A stretch of DNA of 64,000 nucleotides from Spirochaetota bacterium. GTDB taxonomy: Bacteria > Spirochaetota > UBA4802 > JAKQUI01. How positions within the stretch are numbered: the stretch's first letter is position 1; each line of letters starts with the position of its first letter. Both the position numbers and the translations under genes were made by a program. Location of the stretch: positions 327,961-391,960 of the forward strand of contig JAKQUI010000005.1 in assembly GCA_029562645.1 (NCBI GenBank), written 5' to 3'. Under the pieces are notes generated by a model, which did not search any database, was not told where the DNA came from, and saw only the letters and a list, made by a program, of their open reading frames with translations. This document shows, in pieces, positions 1 to 10,139 of the stretch.

Positions 1-1
1 T

Positions 2-184
2 CGGCCCGATCTGGTCCTGAAGGTGACGGTCTATCTGTCGAAAACTATATGGCTCGGCAAGGTCAATGACATCTATGCTCGCTTCTTCGGCGCCCACACG
101 CCGGCCCGGGTCGTGGTTCCGATCGAAGACCTTCCCAATGCGATGTGGATCGAGATCGATGCCATCGCGGCGGTTGCGAAATAA
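2..184 (+). CDS. RidA/YjgF (Rid family) protein, C-terminal fragment truncated by window start
   Basis: Frame-2 translation gives ...RPDLVLKVTVYLSKTIWLGKVNDIYARFFGAHTPARVVVPIEDLPNAMWIEIDAIAAVAK*, matching the conserved C-terminus of RidA-family proteins. This frame is open to the window edge. Confidence 0.6.
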   Translation, partial: RPDLVLKVTVYLSKTIWLGKVNDIYARFFGAHTPARVVVPIEDLPNAMWIEIDAIAAVAK

Positions 185-220
185 CGGCATCGGCTCTTTG
201 CACGACAGGCTACGAGTAAT

Positions 221-243
221 GGGTCCGGCCTAGAGCCGGACCC
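221..243. terminator. GC hairpin (GGGTCCGGC-ctaga-GCCGGACCC) between the convergent RidA and GGDEF genes
   Basis: Perfect 9-bp inverted repeat with a 5-nt loop in the 86-bp gap between convergent stops. No clear U-tract. Confidence 0.4.
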
Positions 244-270
244 GTGCCGCCGCATCGGGCTCCTCGGCCG

Positions 271-1539
271 TCACGGCCGCTCGTCGATCTCGATGCGGTT
301 CCGTCCGTTGCGCTTGGCGCGATAGAGCGCGTCATCGGCGAACTTGATGACCGTGTCCGTGTTGGCGATTCCCGCAAGCTCGGACGCACCGACGATGACG
401 ATACCGATGCTGATGGTGAACCGTATGTCCGCTCCGGTCTCCGACATCGTCGAGGAGGATTCAACGAGGCTGCGGATCTTTTCGGCGAACAGCATCACCC
501 CGTCCCGGCCCGCTTCGGGGATCATCACGACGAACTCCTCGCCGCCATAGCGCGCGGCGATGTCGCTGGCCCGGGTGTTTCGCATCAACAGTTCGGAGAG
601 GTTCTTCAGCGCGACGTCGCCGATCTGGTGGCCATGGGTGTCGTTGATGGCCTTGAAGTGGTCGATATCGATCATCATGATGCAGAGGTTCTTCCGGTAG
701 CGGATCGCGCGATCGCATTCCTCGCGGTATCGTGTGAAGAAATAGCGCCGATTGTACAGCCCCGTCAGCTCGTCGTGCGTGGCCATCTCTTCTATCAACA
801 CCTGCGCCTCCGTGATCCTCCGGATGAGCTTTCTGATCAGTAGATATATGATCAGAAAGATGATCGCGAAGGTGGCCACGCCGAGAATGATAATGACGAC
901 CATGTAGAGGTTGATCTGTCGCCTGGTGTCGGTGATGTCGAAGCTCACGCTGATGCCGCCGCGGATGTCCCCGATCCGGTAGCCCTGTTCGGCGTGGCAG
1001 GTGAGACAGGATCGGTCGACGACAAGGGGCGCCATGTAGCGGAAGAGGTATCGGTCGGCGCTGCGGACGACGGTGCTCGTCTCCTTCGTTCCGCGTTCGA
1101 ATGAACGCAGCGCCTTTTCCTCGAACGGATCGGCCTTGTTCCCGGGATTGAGCGGCATCAGGCTGGTGATGTGAAAACGAAACAGCCCGTCGCGTTCGGC
1201 GATCTGCGAGATCTCGCGGGTCATGAGCGCGGGATTCTTCTTCGTGTACGTCTTGCCGTTTATTCCGTGGATGTCGGGATTTTTTAAATAGGGGTTCGAT
1301 TCGACGCCCTTCGTCTTTTCCACATAGACCCCGCCGTAGCGCGCGTTCCAGCTGCGGGTGATCACGATGTTCCTGAAATGCGCCCGTGCGTTCGACAGCA
1401 TGCCGGACTCGATGAGGTCCTTGTTCTTGAAAAAGATGCCGATGAAGATCCCCACGATAAACAGCAGGATCACCAGCATGATGTTGAGGATGAAGGGTTT
1501 CCAGATATTTCGCGAGTTTTTTTCAAATAGTTCCGACAT
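271..1539 (-). CDS. Diguanylate cyclase (GGDEF) with periplasmic c-type haem (CxxCH) sensor domain
   Basis: 422-aa ORF. It has an N-terminal TM helix, a periplasmic segment with SCLTCHAEQ (CxxCH), a second TM helix, and a C-terminal GGDEF domain (LTGLYNRRYF...RYGGEEF). Confidence 0.8.
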   Translation of the reverse strand: MSELFEKNSRNIWKPFILNIMLVILLFIVGIFIGIFFKNKDLIESGMLSNARAHFRNIVITRSWNARYGGVYVEKTKGVESNPYLKNPDIHGINGKTYTKKNPALMTREISQIAERDGLFRFHITSLMPLNPGNKADPFEEKALRSFERGTKETSTVVRSADRYLFRYMAPLVVDRSCLTCHAEQGYRIGDIRGGISVSFDITDTRRQINLYMVVIIILGVATFAIIFLIIYLLIRKLIRRITEAQVLIEEMATHDELTGLYNRRYFFTRYREECDRAIRYRKNLCIMMIDIDHFKAINDTHGHQIGDVALKNLSELLMRNTRASDIAARYGGEEFVVMIPEAGRDGVMLFAEKIRSLVESSSTMSETGADIRFTISIGIVIVGASELAGIANTDTVIKFADDALYRAKRNGRNRIEIDERP

Positions 1540-1701
1540 AGTCGTTCCTCTGCTGCGCGATGATTATATTAGTATGATATATGCACGGTCAACGATATTA
1601 TTGCAGAAACTTCGCGAGGGCATATCGCCTGAACGCTGTGCTCATGCATGAAGACGGTGAGGGGAATTCAGTGCGCATGATTCAGGAGAAGAATCAGCGT
1701 A

Positions 1702-2631
1702 CTAGAGAATGTGACGGACGTCGCACCGCCTCGATGCTGATAGCGCCTCGTCCCATGATGGGATCCCTCGTCGTCCCCCATACGCGCGACACGAGAGGGT
1801 CGCCACGGCGACCGCGAAGGCGAGAAGCTCCTCCCGCGGCAGGCCGCGGGCCAGGCCGAGGGCGAAGGCCGCGTGGAAGTTGTCGCCGGCCCCCGTCGTG
1901 TCCTTGACGGTCTCGGGGGGAGGAGCGGCGGTGATGATTTCCTTCCCGGTGAACCATGCGGCGCCGCGGGGACCGTCGGTCACGATGAGCTCTCCGGTGA
2001 CGTGAGTGCGGAAATCCAGCGCCCGGTCGAACAACGTGATTTCGGCGCCGCCATCGCTATCGGTGAGAAAAAACTCCGCCGAGGGAATGAAGTAGTCCGC
2101 GGCCGCCATCATGTCCTCGAGTCCCTCGCGGCGCCGCTCGCAATCGTACACGATGAGGCCGTGTTGTGCCGCGCCAAGCATGGGAGCCAGATAGGTCGCC
2201 TGCGGATCGAGGAGTATCACCGGCGCGGCGGCGGCGTGCGACATCAGCAGATCATCGACGACAGGCTTTGGGAGCGCTGAGGGCTCGTAGAAAATGGTCC
2301 GCGAGCCGCCGCCGGCAATTACGATGGCCGCTGTCGGCGTCCGGCCGCCGGGAATGATTTTAACCAGATCGGTGGGGACGCCGAAATCGGCGAGGCGGTC
2401 GAGGCAGAAACGCCCGGCGTCGTCGTCCCCGACGGACCCGATGAAACGCACGCGGCCGCCCAGCCGCGCGACGCAACATGCGGCGGTGCTTCCCTGTCCA
2501 CCCGCCTCCACGAGGTGCTCCGCGACTGCGATCTTGCGGTCCTCGGGGGGATATGAGTCGACGACGTACAGGTAATCGACGCAGCTTCGCCCGATGACCA
2601 GAACGTCGACGTCCAATGAAGAAATCGCCAT
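1702..2631 (-). CDS. PfkB-family carbohydrate kinase (ribokinase-like)
   Basis: C-terminal DTTGAGDNFHAAFALGLARG signature of the PfkB family. The start is placed at the internal Met (MAISSLDVDVLVIG), because the upstream part of ORF 1702-2709 is low-complexity R/G-rich. Confidence 0.75.
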   Translation of the reverse strand: MAISSLDVDVLVIGRSCVDYLYVVDSYPPEDRKIAVAEHLVEAGGQGSTAACCVARLGGRVRFIGSVGDDDAGRFCLDRLADFGVPTDLVKIIPGGRTPTAAIVIAGGGSRTIFYEPSALPKPVVDDLLMSHAAAAPVILLDPQATYLAPMLGAAQHGLIVYDCERRREGLEDMMAAADYFIPSAEFFLTDSDGGAEITLFDRALDFRTHVTGELIVTDGPRGAAWFTGKEIITAAPPPETVKDTTGAGDNFHAAFALGLARGLPREELLAFAVAVATLSCRAYGGRRGIPSWDEALSASRRCDVRHIL

Positions 2632-2807
2632 GATGCCCTCCGCTGCATGCTGGTACGATGCTACGAGAGCGCATGGTACATTGTCAACCGGGTATTCCGG
2701 ATCAACCACTCTGCCGATGCTGCGCCGTATTCTTCTTTACACTCACGGAAATGCGGTGCGTGATGGGCGGCATTCCATTACGGACCAGAATGCGGAGAGG
2801 AAAAATG

Positions 2808-3146
2808 TCGTCATTGAAGAGTCGGTTGACGGCGATCTTGAATCTCGATACGCGAAACCAGCCGTATTCCGCGACGCAGATCGCCGGGATGATGGCTATC
2901 GTCGTGCTGCTGTTTCCGCTGCTGTTCACCATGTTCGGATTTCTATCGGCGCCACTGGCGGGCCTGATTGAAGTCGTTTTCCGGCCAAGAGATCCGGACG
3001 CGGTCCGGGCGGCGAAGATCGCGGTGCTCATTGTCAAAACCGCGCTCGGATTGACCGGCGGGTTGTGGATATGCCGCATCGTGTGGCCGAAAAGATTGGC
3101 GTTGCCGAGGGATCAGGGCGATGAGCATCCGGTTTTTCCAAAATAA
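2808..3146 (+). CDS. Small hypothetical membrane protein
   Basis: ORF 2658-3146 contains two predicted TM helices (IAGMMAIVVLLFPLLFTMFGFL, IAVLIVKTALGLTGGLWICRIVW). The start is uncertain (MSSLKSRL at 2808 or MRCVMGG upstream). The region is visibly lower in G+C. Confidence 0.35.
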   Translation, partial: SSLKSRLTAILNLDTRNQPYSATQIAGMMAIVVLLFPLLFTMFGFLSAPLAGLIEVVFRPRDPDAVRAAKIAVLIVKTALGLTGGLWICRIVWPKRLALPRDQGDEHPVFPK

Positions 3147-3921
3147 AGCAATCACCCTGCCAATATCCATCGCGGTCATGGTATGTGCAGTGTACATGGC
3201 GGCGGTTCCAAGGACCGGAACGACCGCTGAGGTCGAATCAACACCCATGTATAGCACCGGCGATATTCTGAACGCGCGCGCGAAGCCGTCGATGAGCGCG
3301 CCGATCGTCGTGCAGATACCGTACGGATCTATCGTGAATGTCGCGAAAACCGATGTGCGCATGACGTACGAGGGCATGACGTATCACTGGTATCGCGTCA
3401 AGGAGGCCGATGCGTATGTCCTGGGCGCATTTCTTTCCGTGAAACGACCATCGGCGAAAAAGGAGATGAAGCTCTGCTTGTGGGGCGAGAATGAGGGATG
3501 TCCCGCGCAGAGCGCGGTGGTGCGCCTTTCCGGAATGAAGGCGTCATCGTCGCGCTACCAGGGGTGTCATTCGGAAGAATACCGGAGCGAGCTCTCGGGG
3601 GACTACGCGATCAGGAAGGGGTATCTGGAGATTGTATGGAAGGACTATGAAACGATACGCACCGTCATTGCTCCGGGACGGGCGCGATCATCGACTCGCG
3701 TTCGCAATAAAGGCTATATCCAGCGGTTCCACTGGCGAGCGGACTACGCAGGCTGGATCGACGATGACACGCTCGCGCTCATGCAAAAACGGAAATGCCG
3801 GCTCGACCCGAAGAACTGTTTTCTCGATTGCACGGACCCCTCCATCACCGACGCAGCCGAGCGGGAGATGGACGCCAATGAAAATATTCGTTCTTTTTAC
3901 TGCGTCAAGGAATGCAAATAG
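3121..3921 (+). CDS. Hypothetical exported protein with SH3b-like domain and Cys-rich C-terminus
   Basis: 266-aa ORF with an N-terminal hydrophobic segment. An SH3b-like stretch (GDILNARAKPSMSAPIVVQIPYGSIVNV...YHWYRVKEADAYVLGAFLS) is followed by a Cys-rich tail. G+C is lower than the neighbours. Confidence 0.5.
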   Translation: MSIRFFQNKAITLPISIAVMVCAVYMAAVPRTGTTAEVESTPMYSTGDILNARAKPSMSAPIVVQIPYGSIVNVAKTDVRMTYEGMTYHWYRVKEADAYVLGAFLSVKRPSAKKEMKLCLWGENEGCPAQSAVVRLSGMKASSSRYQGCHSEEYRSELSGDYAIRKGYLEIVWKDYETIRTVIAPGRARSSTRVRNKGYIQRFHWRADYAGWIDDDTLALMQKRKCRLDPKNCFLDCTDPSITDAAEREMDANENIRSFYCVKECK

Positions 3922-3962
3922 GATGATATGAGTGTCGGCCGCAGTGCGGGTTGACGTGATGG

Positions 3963-4829
3963 TCACGTGATCAACTCGACGATCCGGTCGAAGTCGTCGA
4001 GCGAGTAGTAGCTGATCTCGATGGTGCCGTGCGGTCCGGCGTGCTTGATCTCCACCTTGGTCCCCAGGCGGGACACCAGAAGCTCCTCCATCTTGCGGAT
4101 CTGCGGGTTTTTCGATTTCGGTTTCGCCGGCGACGGTTTCTTCGTGCCGGCGCTTCCGGCGAGACGCGATTCGAGCGCGCGGACGGAAAGCCCGTTGTCG
4201 ATGATCTCGCGAAACAGCGTTTTCTGCTGGGCGCCGGAGGTCCCGAGAAGGACCTTCGCATGGCCCACGCTGAGCTCGCCCGCGGAGATGCTCGCCTGTA
4301 TCTCGGAAGGAAGCGCGAGCAGGCGCAGGAGATTCGCGATGGTCGCGCGGTCTTTCCCCACGCGCCCGGCGATATCGTTCTGCGTGAGGCTGAATCGTTC
4401 GGAGAGGACCCTGTACACCTTCGCCTCTTCGATGGGATCGAGATTGGCGCGCTGGATGTTCTCCACGAGGGCCAGGGTGATATTCTCCTCCTCGGAGGCC
4501 TGGATGACGATGGCCCTGATCTTCGGCACGCCCGCAAGCTTGGAGGCCCGCAGGCGCCGCTCCCCGGCCACAACGAAGTAATCGGACCCCGCGCGGCGAA
4601 CGATGATCGGCTGCAGCATCCCGACCGATCGGATCGATTCCGCCAGACCCTTGATCTCGTTCTCGTCGAAGTGCGTCCGCGGCTGGTCGGGGTTCGGCTT
4701 GATGGCGTTCGTGTCGATGTGCACGATGCGATCGCCGTGCGCAATCACCTGCTCCTCGAAATCCGCGACCGGCGTCGTCGATTTCGAGATGATGGCCTCC
4801 AGGCCCTTCCCCAGCGCCTTCTTAGCCAT
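3963..4829 (-). CDS. parB: Chromosome partitioning protein ParB/Spo0J
   Basis: [17 protein letters not shown]...[31 protein letters not shown] has ParB-box motifs. The start is at the internal Met, with a 5' overlap with the parA stop. The upstream part of ORF 3963-4982 is spurious. Confidence 0.9.
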   Translation of the reverse strand: MAKKALGKGLEAIISKSTTPVADFEEQVIAHGDRIVHIDTNAIKPNPDQPRTHFDENEIKGLAESIRSVGMLQPIIVRRAGSDYFVVAGERRLRASKLAGVPKIRAIVIQASEEENITLALVENIQRANLDPIEEAKVYRVLSERFSLTQNDIAGRVGKDRATIANLLRLLALPSEIQASISAGELSVGHAKVLLGTSGAQQKTLFREIIDNGLSVRALESRLAGSAGTKKPSPAKPKSKNPQIRKMEELLVSRLGTKVEIKHAGPHGTIEISYYSLDDFDRIVELIT

Positions 4830-5583
4830 TGGCGAGCACCTCCAACGCGAGCTTCTCGTAGCTGTCGCTCCCGGTCGAGTGCCGATCGTACATGCCGATC
4901 GGTTTCCCGAACGAGGGCGCTTCGGAGAGGCGGACATTCCGGGGAATGATGGTGGTGAAAACCTTCTCTTTGAAGAATTCACGCACGTCGCTCACCACCT
5001 GCTGGGCGAGATTGGTGCGCGGGTCGTACATGGTGAGCACCACGCCCTCGATCGCCAGGCGCGGATTGAGACGCTCCTGGACCATCGCGATGATGCGGAG
5101 CAGCTGGCTCAACCCCTCGAGCGCATAGTATTCGCACTGGAGCGGGATGAGGACGGAGTCGGCCGCCACCAGGCTGTTGAGCGTCAGGATGCCCAGCGAC
5201 GGCGGGCAGTCGATGAAGATGTAGTCGTACTCGTCGCGTATCGCCTGCATCGCATTGCGCAGGGTGAATTCCTTGCCCTCGAGGTCCAGGAGCTCTACCT
5301 GGGCGCCCGAGAGGTGTATGTTCGACGGGACGATGGACAGGTTCGGCACCGAGGTGGGCTGGACGCACTGCGCGATGGTCTTCTCGCCGGTGAGCACCTC
5401 GTAGACGGTGCTGGTGATCTCCTCGACGCGCACGCCGAGGCCATAACCGGCGTTCGCCTGCGGGTCGATGTCGACGATGAGCACGCGGCGGCCCTTCTCG
5501 GCGATGAACGCCGCGATGTTGACCGTCGTCGTCGTTTTTCCAACGCCGCCCTTCTGGTTGGAAACCGAAATGATCCTGCCCAT
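4822..5583 (-). CDS. parA: Chromosome partitioning ATPase ParA/Soj
   Basis: [26 protein letters not shown]... has a deviant Walker A. It is 253 aa, Soj-size. Confidence 0.9.
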   Translation of the reverse strand: MGRIISVSNQKGGVGKTTTTVNIAAFIAEKGRRVLIVDIDPQANAGYGLGVRVEEITSTVYEVLTGEKTIAQCVQPTSVPNLSIVPSNIHLSGAQVELLDLEGKEFTLRNAMQAIRDEYDYIFIDCPPSLGILTLNSLVAADSVLIPLQCEYYALEGLSQLLRIIAMVQERLNPRLAIEGVVLTMYDPRTNLAQQVVSDVREFFKEKVFTTIIPRNVRLSEAPSFGKPIGMYDRHSTGSDSYEKLALEVLANG

Positions 5584-5603
5584 GCGCCGCTCCGGGTGTG
5601 CCG

Positions 5604-6794
5604 CTATCGTCGGACTCTGCCGCGAAACCTCTTTGTAAAAAAGAGCGTTTTAATTGCAAGAATTAAAATCGCAAGGCACGCCACGGCCGCTGCGCCGTAG
5701 AGGGCGTAGCGTACATGGGGACGGGCCCGTCGGCCGGACGCGGCGAGGAGCGCATACGGCGTCGCGCGCACGCCGCGGGACGGGTAGAGGTGGACGCGCA
5801 CGGTGCGATCGCCATCCGAGGGAATATCCACAAGGAATTCGCGCTGGTCCAAGGAATAGGCGGCCAGCAGCGAGTCGCTCGAAAATACGTCGAGCGAGAG
5901 CTCGTCGCCCGCGCAACTGACATAGAGCGTGTTCATTCCCGATTGCAGCGGGACCAGATAGGCGCGCACCGCTTCACCGGCGAGCACACGGTCGGCGATG
6001 CGGACCCGCACGGTCTGGCCGTTCTCGCGCGCCCGCTCCTCAAGGGACGCCACGAGATCGCGATGGTACAGCCGGTACGCGAGGAAGCGGAAGAGCTCGG
6101 TGATGCGGTCCTCGTGATGGCTCGAAAACGCGATAGTCCCCTTCCCGCGCGAGATCAGCGCTGCGACGGGTCCGGAGCGCTCGCCGCGCGGGGTCGAGAA
6201 CTCTCCGGTCGCGAGCGGAACGGCGCCGCTGATCGACTCCGGTGCAACCCATCCCGAATGAAGCACGGTTCGGGTGTCGTGGCGCAGCCGGGTGAAGGCC
6301 AGGAGGTCCCCGTGGTGGGTCAATTCGACCGTTCCCGCGCGGCCCACATTGGGAAAGCCGTCGAAGAATGAGAACATGGAAAAGGCGCACTGGGCGTATT
6401 CGTACGAAAGGTCTGAGAAATACGCCGCCCCGCCGTTTTCGACATACTGGCGGATGGAGCCGCATACGCGCGCGCGGTTCACGGAATAGTGATCGTCGGT
6501 CAGGGTGACGGCGTTGAGCCGGATGCCGTGCGAGCGGACGTCGATCGCGTCTTCGATTGCGGGGCCGATCCCGCAGGGAAAAAACAGGACCCGGTAGGTT
6601 CGCGCGGGGCGCTCGAGGTCCTTCAGTCGTATTCGCTCGAAGGGGATGGAGAGCTGTCGCAATGCCGCGCCGGCGTTTTCGAACTTTCCTTCGACAAGGC
6701 CGGCGGGCTGATCCGCATTCGCGCGCGTCGCGTCGCGGGCCGTCTGCGAGAACAGCGGGAGAATCATGAGGGCGATAACGGCAACAGTGCGCAC
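5604..6794 (-). CDS. Hypothetical exported protein with C-terminal membrane anchor (possible class-I glutamine-amidotransferase-like fold)
   Basis: Signal peptide [19 protein letters not shown] and a C-terminal TM helix [18 protein letters not shown]. The [10 protein letters not shown]...[10 protein letters not shown] segment hints at a GATase1-like fold (weak). Confidence 0.55.
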   Translation of the reverse strand: MRTVAVIALMILPLFSQTARDATRANADQPAGLVEGKFENAGAALRQLSIPFERIRLKDLERPARTYRVLFFPCGIGPAIEDAIDVRSHGIRLNAVTLTDDHYSVNRARVCGSIRQYVENGGAAYFSDLSYEYAQCAFSMFSFFDGFPNVGRAGTVELTHHGDLLAFTRLRHDTRTVLHSGWVAPESISGAVPLATGEFSTPRGERSGPVAALISRGKGTIAFSSHHEDRITELFRFLAYRLYHRDLVASLEERARENGQTVRVRIADRVLAGEAVRAYLVPLQSGMNTLYVSCAGDELSLDVFSSDSLLAAYSLDQREFLVDIPSDGDRTVRVHLYPSRGVRATPYALLAASGRRARPHVRYALYGAAAVACLAILILAIKTLFFTKRFRGRVRR

Positions 6795-6800
6795 GGCGAA

Positions 6801-8750
6801 TCAGCTCGTGAGGTCGCGGATGCGCTTTATGATCGAGCGCCGCTCGTCGAGGAGCCGGTAGAGGGAGCTCTCCTTGCAGGCAAAGGCGAGCTGGTAACAG
6901 AATGCGATGGCGACGAGCAGGAAGCCGGGATTTGCGAGATCACCGACCACCTCGCGCGCCACGAGATACTTCGATGCCTGTGCGCGCCCAGGAAAACCCT
7001 TGATCGTGCAGTCGAAGAAGGGGAACTGCCGGCCCGCCTCGTCGGTATCGTCCACGGCGCTCCGGGAGAGAAGGGGCGTGCGTGCATCGTCCGGCCCGTC
7101 GGATGATGCGTCGGAGGCGCGCCAGCGCTGGTGCGTTCGAAGCAGGCGGTGGCACTCCGACCCGATCTGGTAGAAAACGCTCGCAAGGCGCCCGAGGTAG
7201 TGCTGCAGGTGCGCAAGGGACTTCGTTTCGCCGCTCAGGATCCGCTCCACCTGGGTGCGCGTGACGACCAGGGTGGGGTTGTTCGACTTAAAATAATGGA
7301 TCTCGCCCTGGAGCTCGAGAAACAGCGCGCGCTCCTTTTCGAAATAGGCGGGGCCGAAGAGCGCCTCGTCGCGCGTTTCGCCCCGGGCGTCCTGAAGCGT
7401 GGCGCGCGCGCCGGCGATGATCGGCAGAATCACACCGGCGAAAAAGGCGAGGCATCCCTCCATGAATCCGAAGAAATTCTCCTCGTGCTGCGTGCCCGGA
7501 TCGCCCTTCTTTTTGTCGATATGCCGCCACTGGTGTTCAAATGCGCTCTGAAGGAGAAGGCTCGCGCCCTCGCCGAGCTGGAGCAGGGAGTTCACCTCCT
7601 CGTAGTAGACGAGCTCGCGGCGAAGCTGCTCGGCGTATCGGCGACGCTTCGTTTCCGGGTCCTTGCCGATCTTTTTCAGATAGTCCGCGCTGTAGTCCCA
7701 CGAGTCGGTCCGGACCGTCGGGGCGCCGATGGCGTAGTGCTCCACGATGTCCGCCGGCGCGACTTCACGTTCGAACACGAGTGCCTCGAGCGAAGCCAGC
7801 AGAAAATCGGGAAAAGAGGGAAGCCCGTATTTTTTCTTGAGCAGCGCCGAGAGCGCGCTTTCCGCGCCGATCGTCGCGGGGAGGAAGGACCGGATGAGCC
7901 CGATGAATTCGTGGATGGTCTTTTCGGACGAGAGGTTCTTCTTCTCCTTGTCGCGGCGGACCGCATCGGTGTCGCGCTCGTCAAACGGCTCCTTTCGTAG
8001 ACCGTCGAGCTCCCGAAGGCGGCTTTCGACGAGCAAAAAGAGCTGCTCGCGCGTTTCCCCGTCAAGCCGCAGAAAGGAGAAGAAATAGATCGCGTAGTCC
8101 TTGAGTTCCGGCTCGAAAACCGAGCGGTCCATCCACTTTGCGCGGTCCGGCGGGACCTGCGAGAAGGGCGCGATGAGCATCCATCGCGCCAGGACGCGCA
8201 GATAGTTGAAGTGCGTGGGGTCCTCCACCGCGGGGTCCGCGAGCAGCGCCTCCATGACGCGCTGCAGCAGGACCGTTACCGTCTCTTGGCACGCGGCGAT
8301 CTCGCGAAATACGGCGAAGTAGCGCGGCAGCGGCACCAGACGCTTCCGAAAGCCGATCCCAAAGCGGTTGTTCGCGTGGATGAGCAGGCGCTTTTTAAAG
8401 AGCTTATATTCGCGGTATTTATCGTAGAGCGTGGGTATCGCTTTCCTCGTGAGGTCGGAGGGTTCAGGTGCGGACGCCGGCTTTTCAGGTTCGGATTTTT
8501 TTGCGGGAACGGGCTTTTTTCGTAGCACTTGCGGTTTCTTTATCTCCACCCGCTCGCCGGGCGGCGCGCCTCGCGGTTTGTCCGGGCACGATTGGATGAG
8601 GTCGATGATGGTGCGGTACTTCTCGTCGGGGGAAATCGCGCCGTTGTTGATGAGCGAGCGCACCAGGTCCATCTTGGCCGGCGGAATGTCCTTGTCGAGC
8701 AGAAGCGATTTCGCCCGCCGCTCGAGCTTTTTTATGTCCTGGGGGTTCAT
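6801..8750 (-). CDS. Hypothetical protein (649 aa), no recognisable domain
   Basis: Long ORF with coding-like composition. Its stop lies 6 nt upstream of the next gene's start, in the same orientation as parAB. Confidence 0.6.
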   Translation of the reverse strand: MNPQDIKKLERRAKSLLLDKDIPPAKMDLVRSLINNGAISPDEKYRTIIDLIQSCPDKPRGAPPGERVEIKKPQVLRKKPVPAKKSEPEKPASAPEPSDLTRKAIPTLYDKYREYKLFKKRLLIHANNRFGIGFRKRLVPLPRYFAVFREIAACQETVTVLLQRVMEALLADPAVEDPTHFNYLRVLARWMLIAPFSQVPPDRAKWMDRSVFEPELKDYAIYFFSFLRLDGETREQLFLLVESRLRELDGLRKEPFDERDTDAVRRDKEKKNLSSEKTIHEFIGLIRSFLPATIGAESALSALLKKKYGLPSFPDFLLASLEALVFEREVAPADIVEHYAIGAPTVRTDSWDYSADYLKKIGKDPETKRRRYAEQLRRELVYYEEVNSLLQLGEGASLLLQSAFEHQWRHIDKKKGDPGTQHEENFFGFMEGCLAFFAGVILPIIAGARATLQDARGETRDEALFGPAYFEKERALFLELQGEIHYFKSNNPTLVVTRTQVERILSGETKSLAHLQHYLGRLASVFYQIGSECHRLLRTHQRWRASDASSDGPDDARTPLLSRSAVDDTDEAGRQFPFFDCTIKGFPGRAQASKYLVAREVVGDLANPGFLLVAIAFCYQLAFACKESSLYRLLDERRSIIKRIRDLTS

Positions 8751-8832
8751 TGGTTCCGTTTATCGCAGTATCAGCGAATACGGTTTTTCGGTTTGTGTCA
8801 ATGATATTATCTGCGGGGAGGGCAAACAAAAA

Positions 8833-8855
8833 GGCCCCCGATTGGGGGCCTTTTT
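8833..8855. terminator. Bidirectional intrinsic terminator (aaaaaGGCCCCCgattGGGGGCCttttt)
   Basis: Perfect 7-bp GC stem with a 4-nt loop, flanked by an A-run and a T-run. It lies immediately 3' of the outer-membrane-protein gene on the minus strand. Confidence 0.65.
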
Positions 8856-8874
8856 GGAGGAAATTCGTATTGGC

Positions 8875-9891
8875 TTAGTAAAGGTTGAAGGTCAGCGATG
8901 CGCCAATAAAAACGTAGTGGACGATGCTGGTAACCTGTGTGCGATCAGCCAATGTTAAACCATCTGGATCAAAATTCGGATTCAGATTTGTTTCACAAAC
9001 ATATTGGTTGATAAATGAAACGTTTGATGCAAGTTTCAATGAGTAACCGAGGTAGGCCCTATTGCGATAGTAGCCGATCTTTGCGAAACCGCCATCGCCA
9101 TACGCCATTCGGGACTCATTGTTGTCCCTGTTGCGTTCAGTGGTTTTATTAGGATCTTCAGACTGCTCATTGTCGGGAACGAAACGGGTTTCATTGTCGG
9201 CAATCGTACCGTAGAAGATTTCATAGCGGGCGAAAATGGTTGCTGTCTTCGTGAGTTTGTATTCAAGACCAACGAGCGCACGAGTGGTCATGGCCCATCC
9301 ATATTCTTCGCTCTTGTCCCAGCCTCTACGATATGATCCCCCGTCCGTGCCGTCAGCATTTGTACGCAATACCCAAGTCTCGGTGTTTCCCTCAAAGATC
9401 TGATTATAAAGGATAATCCGAGCCATAATGGTGAAATCACCAATTGTATACGAAGGAACTGCCCATACGTTGATCGCATGTTCATACGGGTAGTTGTTTC
9501 TCGTATTGTGAATGTTTTTACTGTCGGATTGTGGAGAACCGTTGAAATACCAATCGGCACCAAAGGTTACCTTTAATGAATCATCGACTTTTAAGTTATA
9601 GAGGAAACCGGTATACAGCTCAAGAAACCAAACGCCTAACGGTTGCCCGTTGTGGCTAGTCTGAGCCGTTTTGGGATCATACGTATCTCTTCTATAATGT
9701 TCTGTCCGAACATTAGGTTGTGTGAACAATCCGAATTCCGGGCTTAACATGAATTTAAGATCCAGCATCTCCCATGTACGGTGCATATCCTGTACGCGAG
9801 CACGGGGCGCATCAGCAAACACATTCGTCGATCCGATCGCCAGAATGGCTGCCAGCGCGATTAGTACAAGCACTTTGAATTTCATACGCAT
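8875..9891 (-). CDS. Outer-membrane beta-barrel protein (porin-like), in a low-GC islet
   Basis: Signal peptide MRMKFKVLVLIALAAILAIGSTNVFA. Alternating hydrophobic pattern with C-terminal ...ASLTFNLY (aromatic terminus). Markedly lower G+C than the flanks. Confidence 0.6.
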   Translation of the reverse strand: MRMKFKVLVLIALAAILAIGSTNVFADAPRARVQDMHRTWEMLDLKFMLSPEFGLFTQPNVRTEHYRRDTYDPKTAQTSHNGQPLGVWFLELYTGFLYNLKVDDSLKVTFGADWYFNGSPQSDSKNIHNTRNNYPYEHAINVWAVPSYTIGDFTIMARIILYNQIFEGNTETWVLRTNADGTDGGSYRRGWDKSEEYGWAMTTRALVGLEYKLTKTATIFARYEIFYGTIADNETRFVPDNEQSEDPNKTTERNRDNNESRMAYGDGGFAKIGYYRNRAYLGYSLKLASNVSFINQYVCETNLNPNFDPDGLTLADRTQVTSIVHYVFIGASLTFNLY

Positions 9892-10139
9892 TCTACTCTC
9901 CTTGTTTTATTTCATAAAACTTTTTGCATAAATAAAAAGGGTGTCCCCTTTTGATTTGCGTGGAAACACGAAGACATGTCGCAACGCAAACGCGGGAAAC
10001 CCTATTTTCTCGCATGGTTTTGTCAAGAAAATATATAAAAAAAATAAAGTATGCACTTAATCATTTTCCTCGCAGCGCGCGTGCATCGATATCGTCGGAT
10101 ATCAATGCACGTAGCGAGGATTGGCCCCGGAATTATCCG

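Noticed and set aside
73-464. Small ORFs 73-255 and 210-464 on the minus strand
   Set aside because: They overlap the RidA fragment and the GGDEF gene in other frames. No support.
3951-3975. Palindrome gttgaCGTGATGGTCACGTGATCaac overlapping the parB stop, considered as parS
   Set aside because: Only the central TCACGTGA matches parS (tGTTtCACGTGAAACa). The flanks differ at 7 of 8 positions. It is more likely a hairpin at the convergent gene junction. A degenerate parS cannot be excluded.
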